DNA of 64,000 bases, counting the filler, from Sphacelaria rigidula (taxonomy: Eukaryota), in the NCBI GenBank assembly GCA_964200075.2. It is 9 parts of 9 records of this genome, joined end to end, with 100 filler letters (N's around TTAATTAATTAA, not from the genome) between each part and the next. Parts side by side here need not be neighbours in the genome. Positions count along the whole stretch, not along the records: positions 21,382 to 28,408 come from CAXNAA020016890.1; positions 28,509 to 35,534 come from CAXNAA020016891.1; positions 35,635 to 42,660 come from CAXNAA020016892.1; 6 more parts are not named here. One strand, given 5' to 3'. Each line of letters begins with the position of its first letter. The stretch's first letter is position 1. Positions 25,494 to 39,234 of the stretch are shown here, in pieces. Made by a program: the position numbers and the translations under genes. Under the pieces are notes generated by a model that did no database searches, was not told the DNA's origin, and saw only the letters and a program-made list of their open reading frames with translations.

Positions 25494-26037
25494 CAAGACC
25501 GTGTTTTGTAGGGTACGGTTTTTTGTATACCCGGGGTATTTTCCCGGGTATTTACCCTATTCCTTAGAGTTCTCTGATTTCTTTGGGACTGTCATACCGG
25601 TACCCGACAGTTCTGTAGTCTCTGTAAGACCTTCATACCCCTACCCGAAAGTTCTGTGAGTTCTGTAAACTTCCCGGATACCGTTACCCGGGGGCACGGG
25701 TACGCTCTTGATAAGATACTCGGTTGCGGGTACGGTTTTCTGTGCAACCTCCATACCCTACCCGGCGGTTTCTGTGAGTTTTGTAAGCCTCCTATACCCT
25801 TACCCGACAGTTCTGTGAGTTCTGTACAGAATATTTACCCGTATGCGGAGCACGGATATGCTCTTGAAGAGATACCCGATTGCCGGTACGATTTTTCTGT
25901 AAGCCTTCCATATACCGTACCCGGCAAGTTCTGTAAGTTCTGTAAGACTTTCATGCCGGTACCCGATATTCCTGTAAGTTCTATATGGAATCGCATACCC
26001 CACACAACGTACCCGTACCCTACAGAACACAACCTTG
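25494..26037. mobile_element. MITE with ~25-bp TIRs and internal TTCTGT(G/A)AGTTCTGT / TACCCG subrepeats
   Basis: CAAGACCGTGTTTTGTAGGGTACGG pairs with CCGTACCCTACAGAACACAACCTTG. No TSD is visible. Confidence 0.65.
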
Positions 26038-26478
26038 GAGACTTTAGCAAAAACTGGGAAAATGTCACAATTCCGTCAAATAAACGAAAAACGGTGGCAA
26101 CCCCAGAAATATTGTACGAACCTGTGAGCAGGAGATCCTGGAAAAATTCGGCCAGAAACTCCTAAAATTGGGCCCATCCTGGCACTTTTTGTGTGACACC
26201 CCTGCGCCCCTGTAATTCAAGTGATAGAGGAGACTCCGGGTATGGAGGTCACGAGTTCGAATCCTGACAGATCCTCTTTCTCTCGCAGAATCTGGTTCCG
26301 TCGTGAAGGTCATATATCATGCGGTACATGTTTTTTTTTCTTTTTTTTCAAAGAGCAGAGGTTGCAGGACCAGGTTGATCTGCAGTTCACGGCAATACGC
26401 TTAAGCCGGGCTGATTCGGGAAAGTCGAGAAGTTGTTGTGTGATGTGCGTGTGCACGTTTTACGGCTGGCCCAGCTCG
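26038..26478. mobile_element. Tc1/mariner-type MITE, left end missing
   Basis: Homologous to 33306-33893 and 60377-60969; ends CTGGCCCAGCTCG followed by TA. Confidence 0.7.
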
Positions 26479-26635
26479 TACAGTTTTTTCTAGTCACATG
26501 GGCATTTGCACACGCATGGCGATGCGCCTGGGCACACGGAAGTCATCGTCAGAATGTATTTACCCCTCTCTATTCCTTCACGGCTCCTTCTTCACCGCAT
26601 CCCCTTCTCCGGGAATGAAATTAGCGCATGCCCTG

Positions 26636-27395
26636 CCCGAAAAATCTCAGCGGGAACGGTGCTATACGACGTTTGAGCCATTTGCGGCCGGATAACAATG
26701 AATCTGAACACATGATGACTGGTAGGAATAGAAAATCTACGACGTACACTAGGTGATATATATATTTCGTTTTCCTTAACGGGAATACAGGTATCCCGGG
26801 GAAAAGTGTGTCTCATCCCCTCCCCAAGTACGCGGAGGGTCATAAACAAACAGTCAGCGCCCGTTACACATGAAAATGGCGATGTCCCGTCACAGGCTGG
26901 AGGCATCGTTCGGGCGTACTTATCCCATCCTTCTGCTTTATAACCCCCCGCCCCTCCCCCTCTGAGAACAACCAACGTACAAGATAACACCCCCCCCCAC
27001 CCCCAACACCCCCACAACACAAAAGGCAAANNNNNNNNNNGGGCGTTCCTTCCCCACCCTCCTGCTTTATAACCCCCCCCCCCCCCTCCTCGGAGAAAAA
27101 TCAACGTACAGTATCCCCCCCCCCCCCCCGAAAATCTTTGCGGGAAAGAGGTTATTTCATCCGACGTTTGAGCCATTTGCGGACGGACCACAATTGATCT
27201 AGATACTTGACCGGTACCTACGAAGGATTACTATACATATCCTGTTGTGACTAAATAAATATACATTCCGTTTTTCTTAGCGCCGGAATATAGCTACACC
27301 GGGGAAGATATTGTACTCTTACATCCCCCCTTTCAGTACGTGCTGGGGTCATAGCCTACCGTCAGGACCTGTCAAATACGAAAGGCGCTGTCCCC
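26636..27395. repeat. Diverged direct duplication with ~490-bp spacing
   Basis: CGACGTTTGAGCCATTTGCGG and downstream sequence occur at ~26667 and ~27163; a 10-N gap lies between them. Confidence 0.55.
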
Positions 27396-28350
27396 GAACC
27401 GCGAGTGGTGAGTAGATAGAGCATATACATCCTACTTGCTGATTCGAGACGACACTTCGCCCCTTCCCCGATCATAAGATGAGCATGTCTCCTCCCCAAA
27501 CGCTGTCACCTATGTGTGTGAGGGGTGCTATTTCACGTATTGGCCGCTTGCCGGCGGACTTCGTGATGATTCTGGACGCACGAGGGGTATCGTCAAAACA
27601 TGGACACCCTCGCCATGTACCCTCACGATAGTCAGGAGAGCCACCCTTCGTTCACGACAAAACAAAACGGTGGATGCCACCGGCGGGGACGACTACTTCC
27701 CTCATTACTGGAATAACCATGGACCCAACTCCAACACGAGACATCATCAATGAATTGAAGACGTTCTTGACATATACTCGCACATATTACGCAGTAGATT
27801 TTCAACTCTTGGTGACGTCTTGAATATACTGAAACAGCGGGGACGGAAGCGGGGCAACATTAGCCCGCAAGGTGCTTTAAATTCGTATGTATTGGTCAGG
27901 ACCCGTCGGTTCAAGTGCTTAACGTTCGCTTGGCGTTTGCGAAACTTGACTTGACCCAAGTTTTGACAATATATATATATGTCTGGCCCCCCAAATTCGA
28001 TTGCGCGTAGATGCGATTTTTTGGTTGACTTTTTTTTATAATGCACCCTCAATACCTCGAGTTGGCCATGTCGAATGTAAGGTGGTCATTTTCTCAGCAA
28101 AATAATGGGGGATGAAATCGCAAAGGGCACCTCGATTCGGCGTTTCCACAAATTTTACAGGCGGAACATAGTTTTTCCCCCGGACTCATGTCAGAATTCG
28201 GACCGCGAGGGTCTGACCTGGTTTATCGTGAAAGTGCCCTGGGAAAAATAGGCTACGACCCGGCTAGCGTAGAAACGGATGAGAGCTCAAAAGTGGATTT
28301 CCCACCTCAGTTGTTTGAGTCATGCTTGGAATTTTTGCATAAACTGTGGC

Positions 28351-28408
28351 GGGGGGGAGGGGGGCGTACTCATTTGTTGCCTGCCTTAGTCATTTGACCA
28401 TTGACCAC
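28351..28408 (-). mobile_element. LINE 3' end with C-rich tail, cut by the scaffold end
   Basis: Reverse complement GTGGTCAATGGTCAAATGACTAAGGCAGGCAACAAATGAGTACGCCCCC. Confidence 0.75.
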
Positions 28409-29316
28409 NNNNNNNNNNNNNNNNNNNNNNNNNNNNNNNNNNNNNNNNNNNNTTAATTAATTAANNNNNNNNNNNNNNNNNNNNNNNNNNNNNNNNNNNN
28501 NNNNNNNNACTGATTCATCTTGCATTTGGATGACAGCCAACAATGAGTTGCTTTATTCTTTGGTATCGCCACTTCCAGAGACAGCCACGGCTTTTACACT
28601 GCCTCGGGGTGCACAGAGAGGGAGGGGGAGGGGGGAGGTGCCTACTCATTGTTTGCTTGCCTGAGCACCGTTCGAAAGGGGGAGGAGAAGAGGGGATGGA
28701 ACTACGAAAGAGGAAGGGAAAACAAACCTGCGAATACTTTCTTTGTACCCGTTCCGACCACGGCGAGAGGGATTACGCGGCTTCAACAGTAGAAGGTTGT
28801 CCGCTGAGGCTTGCCTGTGCACAAAGCAAATCTCAGTTGCTTGGTTTCCAAGATCTGTTCTAAGATTAGTTGCTGCTCTCTTCACGGCACATCGTTGGGA
28901 GCATAATTGTTTTCGCACGGTACCATCGTCAACCTACTTCGTTCCGTGAGTGGCATCTCCGATTGGCCACTACAGCACAGCAAGTAAGCTAACGTACCTC
29001 GTTCCTCTTTTTTGTTTTTTTGCTGTATTTTCAAGCAGACTATACCTATCCCTGCGTCTCCTGGCACGTCCTATAAACTCATGTTCTCTCAACGGTGGTC
29101 ATGTTCGCGCCCATCAGTTGACAGGGAAACGGAGCGATAGCACCGTTTAGTTGGCGTCGCAAAAACTGTGAATAGACCTACCACGCAGTCCGATAAAAAT
29201 CAACTATGAATGTTATATTCCCACTGCGCTCTTCAACCATTCCTTCCAATCGACTTCCCTCCCGTATTCGGTTTTCGCGGTCAAATGGACGACATCGAAT
29301 ATTGACGCAATATCAG

Positions 29317-29501
29317 GCAACACAACTGGCGATCGTCTTCGCTGAGGCAGATGTTGAAGTGGTGGAAGGCTTCATCGAACGAGTACTGGAAGAGCACATC
29401 TTCCTTCAACAGTCGGATGGCATGACCCTGTCAGACCTTCGACAATGGCTTTCAACGTGGGCAGCAGGAGCGAGTGTGGCCACGGCTGAAGAGTTCGACC
29501 G
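29317..29501 (+). CDS. Penultimate exon of a DsbA-like thioredoxin-fold protein
   Basis: tatcag acceptor, ATQLAIVFAEADVEVVEGFIERVLEEHIFLQQSDGMTLSDLRQWLSTWAAGASVATAEEFD(R), GTGAGG donor. Phase 2 matches the next exon. Confidence 0.7.
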
Positions 29502-29856
29502 GTGAGGCAACGAGACGTGGACGCGGGCAGACGGTGTACTCACGATATTACATGCCGTTGTCATATGACCATTGACTCCGCAGCCCCACAAAGCCAGGGC
29601 GGACCACGCCGGGTTTCTGCCGGACCAGGCTTTGATGGAGGCAGGGAGGGCGGCCGAGGGGGGGGGGGGAATGCACCGACCACTACATCGTCTTCATTTG
29701 CTCTCAGTCACTCTCTATTTTCTGCTGTCCTGATCTCATGTCCTCCCACGTCCCGCATCCGTACTCATCGCACCTATTCCCCCCTCCCCTCCCCTCCCCT
29801 CCGCCTGCGCGCCTCATTCCGATTGTTTCATGATGCACCCGTCACATTCGTGTCAG

Positions 29857-30208
29857 AGGCATGTCAAGCTCGGTTATCACAGAGCGGGTCATGAAAGAAG
29901 TCCAGAACGCCCGCCGAAGGGGTGTATCTAGCACCCCTACAATATTTGTTAACGGGCAAAGATCGATACTCTTGGGCGGGCGGTCGAGTCTGCACCTCTG
30001 GCGGGACGTGCTTGGCACCGAGCTGTTCGGTGTCTCTGAAGTGGATGATGACGGTTATCGTGCGCCACTTGAGGAAGACTTGCTTGATCACCACCACCAG
30101 AGCGAGTCATGGTTTTATTCTGCGTATGATGAGAGCTCTGCCGGTATCGATAACGTATTCTACGCCGGAATCCCCTCCTGGTTAGACGGAATGGGGGAGA
30201 CAATGTAG
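29857..30208 (+). CDS. Last exon of a DsbA-like thioredoxin-fold protein
   Basis: tgtcag acceptor after a pyrimidine-rich intron; the in-frame join CG|A gives R-G-M. ARRRGVSSTPTIFVNG matches the DsbA cis-Pro loop motif GV.xTPT.FVNG. TAG stop at 30206-30208. Confidence 0.75.
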
Positions 30209-30532
30209 TTCTTCGGGCACGCGTTTAAGCTTGTGTTTTTTTGGTTATCATCTTTAATCCCTCCGCTTCCTAGGGACAAGCCCGTACCCTCGAGGGATCG
30301 GTACAGCTCTGAACCTGCTTATGGCCGACATTTTGGTGTCACGGATTGGATCATGAGAGCACGCCCATACCGCGTGGAACTTCGCCGGGGTTGTTTCGTC
30401 ACTCGCTTCCTCGTGCGTTCAACCATGGACAGCAAAATCCGCCGCAAAAAGCCGTATCCCGTTCACTCGTACCGGATGATTCGTGGGCCGGCTAGACCAA
30501 CCGGGACGCACGGTGCGCAGCATGATTGACGG

Positions 30533-30663
30533 CTACTACTGCCGCTACAGATACAACTACAGCTACATCCACTGCCACTACTGCCGCCACTATTGTTGTC
30601 GCCATTGCCACTACTGCCGGTGCTACTACTGCTACTACGACTACTACTGCTACTACTACGACT
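30533..30663. repeat. Degenerate (CTA/CCA/CTG)n trinucleotide repeat
   Basis: Seen directly; explains the Y/C/H-rich spurious ORF. Confidence 0.85.
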
Positions 30664-31483
30664 AGAGAGTGTTGAAAACGCGTTTTCCCTTGTGAGCGTA
30701 ACTATTGTGAGAGTACAGATCTCATGAACCTGACACTTGTCAAAATTTGCTATATTCCCGCACCCTTTTGGGGTTCGAATGTGTTTCGTGGGAAAAAAAC
30801 ACAGCCTGGACAGTAAATTTCACTGTCAAAGGTGTGCTGCTTGCGGTATCGAATACTGCATCTAGTGAATATATACCGTAATATTCGATACTGTACGCAT
30901 TTTTGTTGTCGACAATGTGCTACTTTGTTCAGGGTGTGAGAAACAGCAGTATTCGAAAGTGCCACCTTCGTGAGTAGTACATGCGAAGGAATTGTTTGTT
31001 GTGTCACCGCTGTAGTTTCCTCTGTGCATTGCGAAGACTATCGTGAAGTAACGGTTAGATCGCCGCGTAGTACACTAGTCAGGCCACTTGCCGTCTTTCC
31101 GAACGGCTTTGTTATGGGTCCATGAGCGTATCCGGGGTCGTTGTTTGATGCTCGCTTGGTATTCAGTTTAGATCCCTTTGCTCCCCCCCCCCCCACTCCC
31201 CTGTTGTTGTGTCTCCTTTCTTGGTAGATCTGATGGCTTATATTTGCCTCACCCCGACCGACTCACGGGGAGGCCTTTCCTCTTCCGTGTTTTGATGTCC
31301 TCTTATTGTTGTGCCTTGTATGAATTTGTTTGTTTTCGGAGTCCCAGAAGAAGCAGTTGGCGTTCTTCTCTCGTGTGCAAAGAATAGAAATAGCGGTGAC
31401 GATACGGGAGAGGCGAGCCTATGTCTGTGACCATGAGTTTGGAAGATCGGACTAATATCCCTCGATATAAATAATGATGATGA

Positions 31484-31529
<46 letters not shown>
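31484..31529. repeat. (CTA)n microsatellite
   Basis: About 15 perfect units. Confidence 0.95.
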
Positions 31530-32777
31530 GGGCTACTGGGATACTGTGTAGTCGGGGAAAATGGCGAGATATGTTTTTGCTTCTTGCCTCTGTAAGATCT
31601 ACAGTGAAGTTCATTTTTATGTGGATATTGGAGGAAGACAGCGACGGAAGGCGTGTACAAAACACCGAGCCGGTTGATCGAGTGTCGCTGAGGCTTCAGC
31701 CGAGCCTTAGAGGGCCACAACAGCGGGGAGAAGAGTGTTCAGTAGCACCCAGCAACACCATCAGCTCGGTTGTCAGATTCAACACGAATGGAGTGTCGTG
31801 CTCATCCCTCGAGTACGTCGTGGATCCACACCTTCCTTGACGAGAGTATTATCTGTAAAGATTATCATTTTTTCGATCAAACTTCCAAGATAGGGTTGGG
31901 GGCAGAGGTGTGGACTGCATTGCTGTTGTACCTTGGTTGCGACTACCTCATGCACAGCGACTCTCATGTTCACCTGCTGCCCTCGCCCTTCTCGTCATGG
32001 TGTGTCCCCGCGAGATGCTTGCATCTGTGTATATAGAAACAATCAGACTTTCAACTGTCCAAGCGTTGCTTTCTACTCCCACATCGCTGGATATCTCTGT
32101 GCCGAAAATGTTGACCATTACTTTCTCTCTCAGTTGATATGGAAGGAGTTGGACGATATGGGGAACGAAAAACGTGCCTGTTGTCGTTGCTCTTCGTTTC
32201 ATCAGGAAAAAGCAAAACTTTCGAATTTCAATATGGTGCAAATTTTCATCAACTGCATTTCTGCGGCATACCTGTATAATGGCCCGAAAAAGACGAGGTC
32301 TCGAAAGGGTTCCAGAGTTCACATCGTGTCGAAGTCCCCATGAGACTGAATAGGTGGATTTCCGGCGAGTAGTCTTCTTCGATTTTGATCCACTTGCCGT
32401 ACTACAATTTTGTTGGTGATGGCGTTTGCATCGAAATTATGAGATGACGCAGTTTGACCCCACATACTCAGGGTATGATAAATACAAGATGGATCGCCAC
32501 AAACAACGTTTTCGCCAGACAGAGAGGGCAGTTTTCGACTGAGAAATGTTAGAAGGATCACGTTACTTTGATATGTTACTGTTAATGGATGTAACTCTGA
32601 CGTGTCTGTCTGAGTGCCAGGTGTAGCGATGCCTATTCAACAGATCATCTGTATAGGGAACTGTATTTTCGTTCAGCTAATAATACAAGAAGAGGAGCGA
32701 GGATATCAACCATTCAAACATTTCTCCCATTTATGCGCTGCCTTACATGGCAGGGTATGATAACACGTCGCAAGCAG

Positions 32778-32968
32778 TAGAGAGTTTCGGAAAACGCTTT
32801 TCTGTTATTTCAGAGATTTAATTTCTCAGGGTCAGAGTGAACAATAAAAAAAGCACCTCATCCCCAAAAAACAAGGGGACACCGCATTGGATGGAGAAAT
32901 ATCTTTTCTTCAGACTGATCCTGAGATATCTGCACAAATGACAAAAAAGCGTTTCCCGAAACTCTCTA
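32778..32968. mobile_element. ~190-bp MITE with TAGAGAGTTTCGG TIRs; partial copy at ~21034-21204
   Basis: TAGAGAGTTTCGGAAAACG pairs with CGTTTCCCGAAACTCTCTA; internal arms and core are shared with 21034-21204. Confidence 0.65.
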
Positions 32969-33305
32969 ATGTCATGCATTACTTGTACAAAGATAATCTT
33001 CCGATTAGTACGCTGAGTGCGACTGTAGGGTACTAACGCGTCGCGATTTGGAAGAATCATACATCTACGTTTGCTTGCTTTTGGATCGTATATCCAATGC
33101 CTAACTCTTCGGAATGTTAGCCCTTTGACTGCCAGAGTAGGTGATCAAAATCACGCAGTAACTTTTCAAGAGAAAATGATGTTGCTTCTACAAACGGCGA
33201 AACAGCCCATTCTCAATCAAAAGTTGCATTATAATATCTTTAAAATGTTGTTTACAGTACTACGTGTACACAAAATCAGCAACCTACTGCAGTAAATATG
33301 ATTTA

Positions 33306-33893
33306 CGAGGTGGGCCAGCCAACAGTGGGTAGTTTTCTCGCCTAGGCGACGCACAGCGTAAAAGTAGGAGTTGGGCGCTGATGTTTTGACAGCAGCTTAG
33401 AATGGTCGATATGCAGAATATAAGGAGAGCAGAAAAGAAAAAAAAAAAGTTATGGGCACTTCAAATGTCAGCAAAAACAAGGTAATGCCATAAGTACACG
33501 GTAAAACGAGAATTTACACCTGTTCCCGTGATATATCATTCCCTAGAGTGCAGAAGGTCTTCGTGAAATTTCAGCTCAAGAGTCGTCGAATTGGACCGTG
33601 CGTGCAACGTTTTGCGTGACGCTGCTGCACCACTGTAATTCAAGTGATGGGAGACTCCAACTATGGGGGTCAGCAGTTCGAATCCCGACAAAGTCATTTT
33701 TTTTCGTTCGTCGTTAAGGATATATATCATGCAGTACACGTTTTTTCATTTTTTTTCTTCATTCAACGGCGGTGGCGTGTGTTACCAGGTTGGTCTGCAC
33801 TTCACAGTGAAATGATTACATCTGGTTCATTCGGGAAACTGGGAAAGCTGTAGTGTGGACAACGTCTGGTCGCTTTTAAGCTGGCCCAACTCG
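33306..33893. mobile_element. Tc1/mariner-type MITE (~590 bp) with TA TSD
   Basis: TA|CGAGGTGGGCCAGC ... GCTGGCCCAACTCG|TA, with homologous copies in other scaffolds. Confidence 0.75.
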
Positions 33894-35731
33894 TAGAGCT
33901 CCACTGTCGTTGCAGAGTATTATGAAAAGAAGGTGGGAACAAATGAGACGCTAGTTAATCCGCTTTTTCGCCCGCTTGACTGAATAAGAATCACTCCAAG
34001 TCCATACATGCCTACGCTAACATCTTGTGACTTGGGTCAATGTACTCCGAGACTTTCTCCTGCCTGCTGTCAACATACCTAAATCTTCCCAGCGACCACA
34101 CTGTCACTCTCAATCTGAAGGTACGCTGTGCAGCATAGTCGCCGCAGAGTCCTGGACAAAATCGCTTGCGAGAAATAGCACTGCATATCTACTTACAGAC
34201 AATGTGGCAATAATAGAGCTGGCCAGAGCCCGGGTAAGAGCTACAGTACACCCGTACCTCGTCCAGCTCCAACGAGTTCCCCGAAACACCTACACCGTCA
34301 TCGTTTGTTGATCAATTCGTTCGACGACTGCCTCACATATACTCATTTTCTGTGAATCTAGCCATGGTAATAGGATTATCGTACCTAATGGCAAACACAC
34401 GCGAAACGAAGCATATACGCATATCAACGCGTATAGTACGCCCTCCGATGGCAAGCCCAACCGTGGTTGCTACTTTGGTCGAGAGGAAACCTCTACCGCC
34501 GCATGCTCTTCTTGCCCCTCGCCCGCACGAGCACATTTGTTGGGCTCCTGTGCAGTTGTTCTCTGCGGCAACAGAGAGTGGGAACGGCAAGGGCCGAAAG
34601 AGTAAGGAGGAGGAAAGCGGGGGCGAGGAGTTGAAAGTGCAAAGCTCACGCCGTACTGTAGACAGTACGAAAACCAGAGAACAAACTTACGGTACAGATG
34701 TGCGGGCCAAGCGATGGATAGGACGTCCGATGGAATCTGCATACCGTTGATAGACCTAATGGCTGATTTTCACGTATCATGGTAAACTCTCAGGAATCCG
34801 GTCGTGGTCGTAAAGTGGACGTACCCAAGGTGGATAATCGTAGAGACTCGCAAGAAAGAGACGACAAAAGAAGATGATCGACACGATCGAAGAAGAGGAA
34901 GGATGAGAAAAAAAAGAAGGAAAAAAAAAAACGCAACGGATATTTGAGTCAATCGAAGAATTTGAGAATCAAATTGGTTAACTTTAAAGAAAGGAAAGGA
35001 GAAGAAAAGAAGAAACACCCTACAGTCGTCTGAGATGCAGGACCGGTCGGTCCAATGCTCAGCGTTTGCATCAAGCCCACACAAGCGCAACTAAAATTAC
35101 TGTCGTGTTTGCAAGGGAGAATCGTAAGGGGGTTTCGCAGTGAATGTAGTCACCATATGCCCTCAACTTATGAGTGCGTATGGACGACAGACTGCACACT
35201 ATCGGATGATATTGATGCGATGGATGCACGCACCGATGGAGGCAAGCAATAGGCTAGACATGCGTGGGAATTCGGTAGATATTCCCGAGATTAGGACACT
35301 TTCTACGATAGCCCCCCTCAAAACCGGCCCAAAAGTGTCACGATACCCAAACGTTGGAATTCCCAGCTGCTCGTTGTGCTCGGCTTATCCTATTTCGACT
35401 TACGTGAAGATTTTGCCTCCCAAAACCATGCACTTCTGGGGGGGGGGGGGGGCGGATTCTTTTTGTGCTTTCCTTGCTGATTTTCCCTTTTGACCCCCCT
35501 CCCTTTCGAACCGGAGGAATTATCGGGGGGGGGCNNNNNNNNNNNNNNNNNNNNNNNNNNNNNNNNNNNNNNNNNNNNTTAATTAATTAANNNNNNNNNN
35601 NNNNNNNNNNNNNNNNNNNNNNNNNNNNNNNNNNATCGCTGCTGGGAATGCTGTGCAGTGTGTTTACGCACAAACACTACTCTTCACATGCAGCTGCGGG
35701 CGCAAGGTACTGGCGGAAAAAAGAACTGATT

Positions 35732-35804
35732 AGGTTGGACAGGGAATCGATCCCGGACCTTTGCCGTTGAACAAACTCTGTCTTACACACGGAGCTACGT
35801 GTGG
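35732..35804 (-). mobile_element. tRNA-like head (degenerate tRNA or SINE)
   Basis: Reverse complement CCACACGTAGCTCCGTGTGTAAGAC...GGTCCGGGATCGATTCCC has A/B-box-like spacing but no clean cloverleaf. Confidence 0.35.
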
Positions 35805-38800
35805 TAGTCGTTTAGAGTTGGTCAAGTTTCTTGTACTTCTGAATTTTGGGGCCCTCGAAGGTCCGTGTCAATAACACTGAACTCCCCCGAATTGTTTTTA
35901 GAGGCACGAGTGTAATGGAAATCTGAAATTTGGACTGCCGCTGCTGTTCGAAATAAATCCTAGTTCCAAACTTGGAATAGGGCAAAAAGGATCCATTCGA
36001 AATAAACCCAAATTCCAAACTTGGAATATAGTTGAGAAAGGATTCATTTCGAAGAGCTTCAGCTGTACAGACAATCCCATATACACTGTATATCGCAGAT
36101 GGAATTTGTACACCACCAAGAACACCTGAAATTAGGTGGAGAAAGAACTTGCTCGCGAGCAGCTTCAGCTGTTCAAGTCCTACTTACTGCTCGCAAGCTT
36201 TTGTTGCAGCTGATGTCATGATAATAGATAGGAATTGACCTCGCTGATAGATGCATACACCTGATGAAAACCCCGTAATCCCGCGTCGACGAAACTAACA
36301 CAATATACAGGGGATAATGGAACATCGATCTTATCGCATACTGGGTAATCGGGATATATATTCACAACAATAAACTATACTGGACTGTATACAATACCAT
36401 TGCATGCGGGACAGTGCGCTATACCACCGTGCTTATACGTGCGGCGCCATGTACTGCAGATGGCTGGCTATAAATACAATGTACAGATGCCTGCGGCTTA
36501 TTTTGATATATGGAGCGGGTGTTATATACCATCACGAACTCCAGTTTTTCACGCCCGTTCCACATTATGTATTTGCGCGCACAGGTGCTGCAGCACAGTA
36601 AGTAGGGCGTGAAAGGGAAGGGGAAAAGTATACAGTACAGAAAGCGCATTACAATGTGTATATGTGTGTTCTCTACCTACAGTGCGACGTGAAAAGGACT
36701 TGAACAACGTGCAGCATATCGTACGCGCGGCCTGTATGCTGCACTACAGTACGTTATATCGCGGTGCGTCCGCGATCCGCAGCATGCATATGATCGTGAG
36801 TGTGTATATGCGTACCATAGGCGGCCGGTTGATTATTGTTCTTCGCACCCGTGCCTGTATATATACGCACCCCGCGTACGTCATCGCCGCGCGATGTCGC
36901 GACCATGAAAGAAGTAGGTGCTCAAGTTTTCACCAACGAGAAATACATCATATCCACCCGCCGCACGGCAGTGTGTATGTGTCTATATCCCTGTGCCCAA
37001 CCCGTGCTCTTTGCTGCGGGGTTGTGGTGGTGTAGCTGGGCGGAATAATAACACAGTTGTGCGGGCGGGTGCTTTTGTTGATGTTCGATTTGTGTGCGGT
37101 GAAAAATATGCGGAGTGATGGTCCACATATATACTATTCATATACGATTGATTAAGAGCTTGTCCTTCTGTCCAAAATAAATTCCTTTTCGCTCGATTCA
37201 AATTGGGTGAAGAGGAATTTACCTCGGATAGGAGAACAAGCTGTTGAAGATATATTAATTTACAAATTTTGTACCGAAATCTTTGGAATTTTCGAGCGAA
37301 AAACTTGAGGTTTTTCCACCAAAACACTACCACATGACTGTGCAGGGCTTTGCTGACGTGCCTACACAGGGCTGCAAATCCAACCCTGGGGAAAACCCTA
37401 TCAAAACGCTACGAGGGGTACAGATTTTGCATTTCACTATCGGGGTTTTTTCACAAAGACTGTGGAGGGCCCTGTACGGACCCTGTACAGTGCGCCCCAC
37501 AGGGTGATATCTGTCCATGTGTGAGGCACGTCGCCCCAATACAAACCAGTTGCTCCCGGCCACCCAGTATCCCTCTGCGCAGCATCTTTCAAGACATTTG
37601 CTGAGTGTCATATTTCGGACAAATGAAGGTAGCTCACAGAGACGAGACTTTTAGAGCGCTGTTGTTGGAGCGTTACTCGTTTGATTGACGGATGAAGATC
37701 GCGCCGTGTTGCACAACACGGAGGGAAGAGCGAATCATGCTGTTCTCGTCGCGTGCGGAGTGGCCCGTTCGACAAAACCACGGGCACCCATCTGCACGGT
37801 ATGAAGGACCAAAGCGACGACTTTATAGATTTATACTGTTGTTGCCCAGCATCAGCTGCGTCAAAGAGGAAATGTTTTCGAATTAAAAGTCTGGAACATC
37901 GGAGAATAATAACCGCGTCAACCGTTGCTGCTGTCTGCATGCCTTCGAACAGCTTCAAACGATGTCGGCGAGACTCTGTCCCCCCGCAACACGTACGACA
38001 AGCTTTACATGTACGTTAGGATCATAACCTCGGTCCAGGACAGGACGGGGAGTGATGCCGTAACGGGGGTACAAATAGCAAAGGAGTTCACGAACGTGAG
38101 TAAAGGAATGTGAAAAACGGGGTACTACAAAACCGGGTCTGCATTACACGGGGACGATAGTGGGCATTGGGTGAAGTATAAAGTCGTATTGTATCATATG
38201 TGCACCGCGAGTCATTTATGTTACATCTCGGAACCGAGTCAAGTCCGCTTGTATTGTTGTAAACTAGTTACCGGAGGGTTTACGACGTGTGTACTGCGTC
38301 TCCCACCCGCTCATACGCCGAGAAACAATCCAGTATGCAGCGAACACGACAGACGTCGACCACGTATGTAATGCAGCACGCACGGCGGTCGCAGTGAAGA
38401 TGCCGCTCTGGAACGGGGGGGCGACGATTCGATTTGGGGGCCGGTACCGATATTGTGTTCAGTCGGGAGAAGTTGTGTACGGTAATATGAATCATTTTGA
38501 ACTTCCACGGACGCTGAAACGGCCGACACGGATTCACCGCATCTGGTATATGTTTTTCTCCACGGTCCGATGGTGCCCCCCTCGTTACCGAGAACAGCTG
38601 AGTTTGAATTCTCTGCCGCTGGTGACGATGCGGCACTGGCGAAAGGCCTACTTCGCCGCTACACCGGAAGAAATGAAGGCCATTACCTGGGCGTTCCAAA
38701 CGTCGGACCCCGGTATCGACGCAAAATGTATTTCGCTGACGTACCTGAAGAGCAAGGCTTCCAGCGATCTACACGCCAAACCCGCAGCGCAATCGATGGC

Positions 38801-39234
38801 CGCCAATATGCTCGTAAGATATGCATCGCCGGTATATCCAGTCGCTTGTTGTGGCAATCTCGAGTTATCTTCCATTAATTCGCCGCACCGAAGGATGACA
38901 AGAGTGTGTCATGCGGTATGTGTCCTGTTTGATGGACCGTAATAACCAATTTATCCAGGGTATAACTACACATACCCCCCCCTCCGCTCAAAGCAGTCTA
39001 TTTTCAAAATTGAGGATAGATTTTTGGTAGAGGACGAACCTCGGGAACCTTCATAAACATCGAAAATATTTCGAAATTAAAATGCAAAAGCATTCTCCGG
39101 CTGTGATGTGTGACCTCACTCATCGTAGCAAACAAAATATAAGATCAACAGTGTTTTGTACCGGAATCACTGGAGAACGATATCGTTCCGTATAAACACC
39201 GGAGGTCACGAATTGAAGATGGCCGTTTTCGAGG

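Noticed and set aside
36255-36300. Hammerhead ribozyme (CTGATGA...GAAAC)
   Set aside because: Stem II cannot pair and no stems I/III were found. The same applies to CTGATGAG at 3361.
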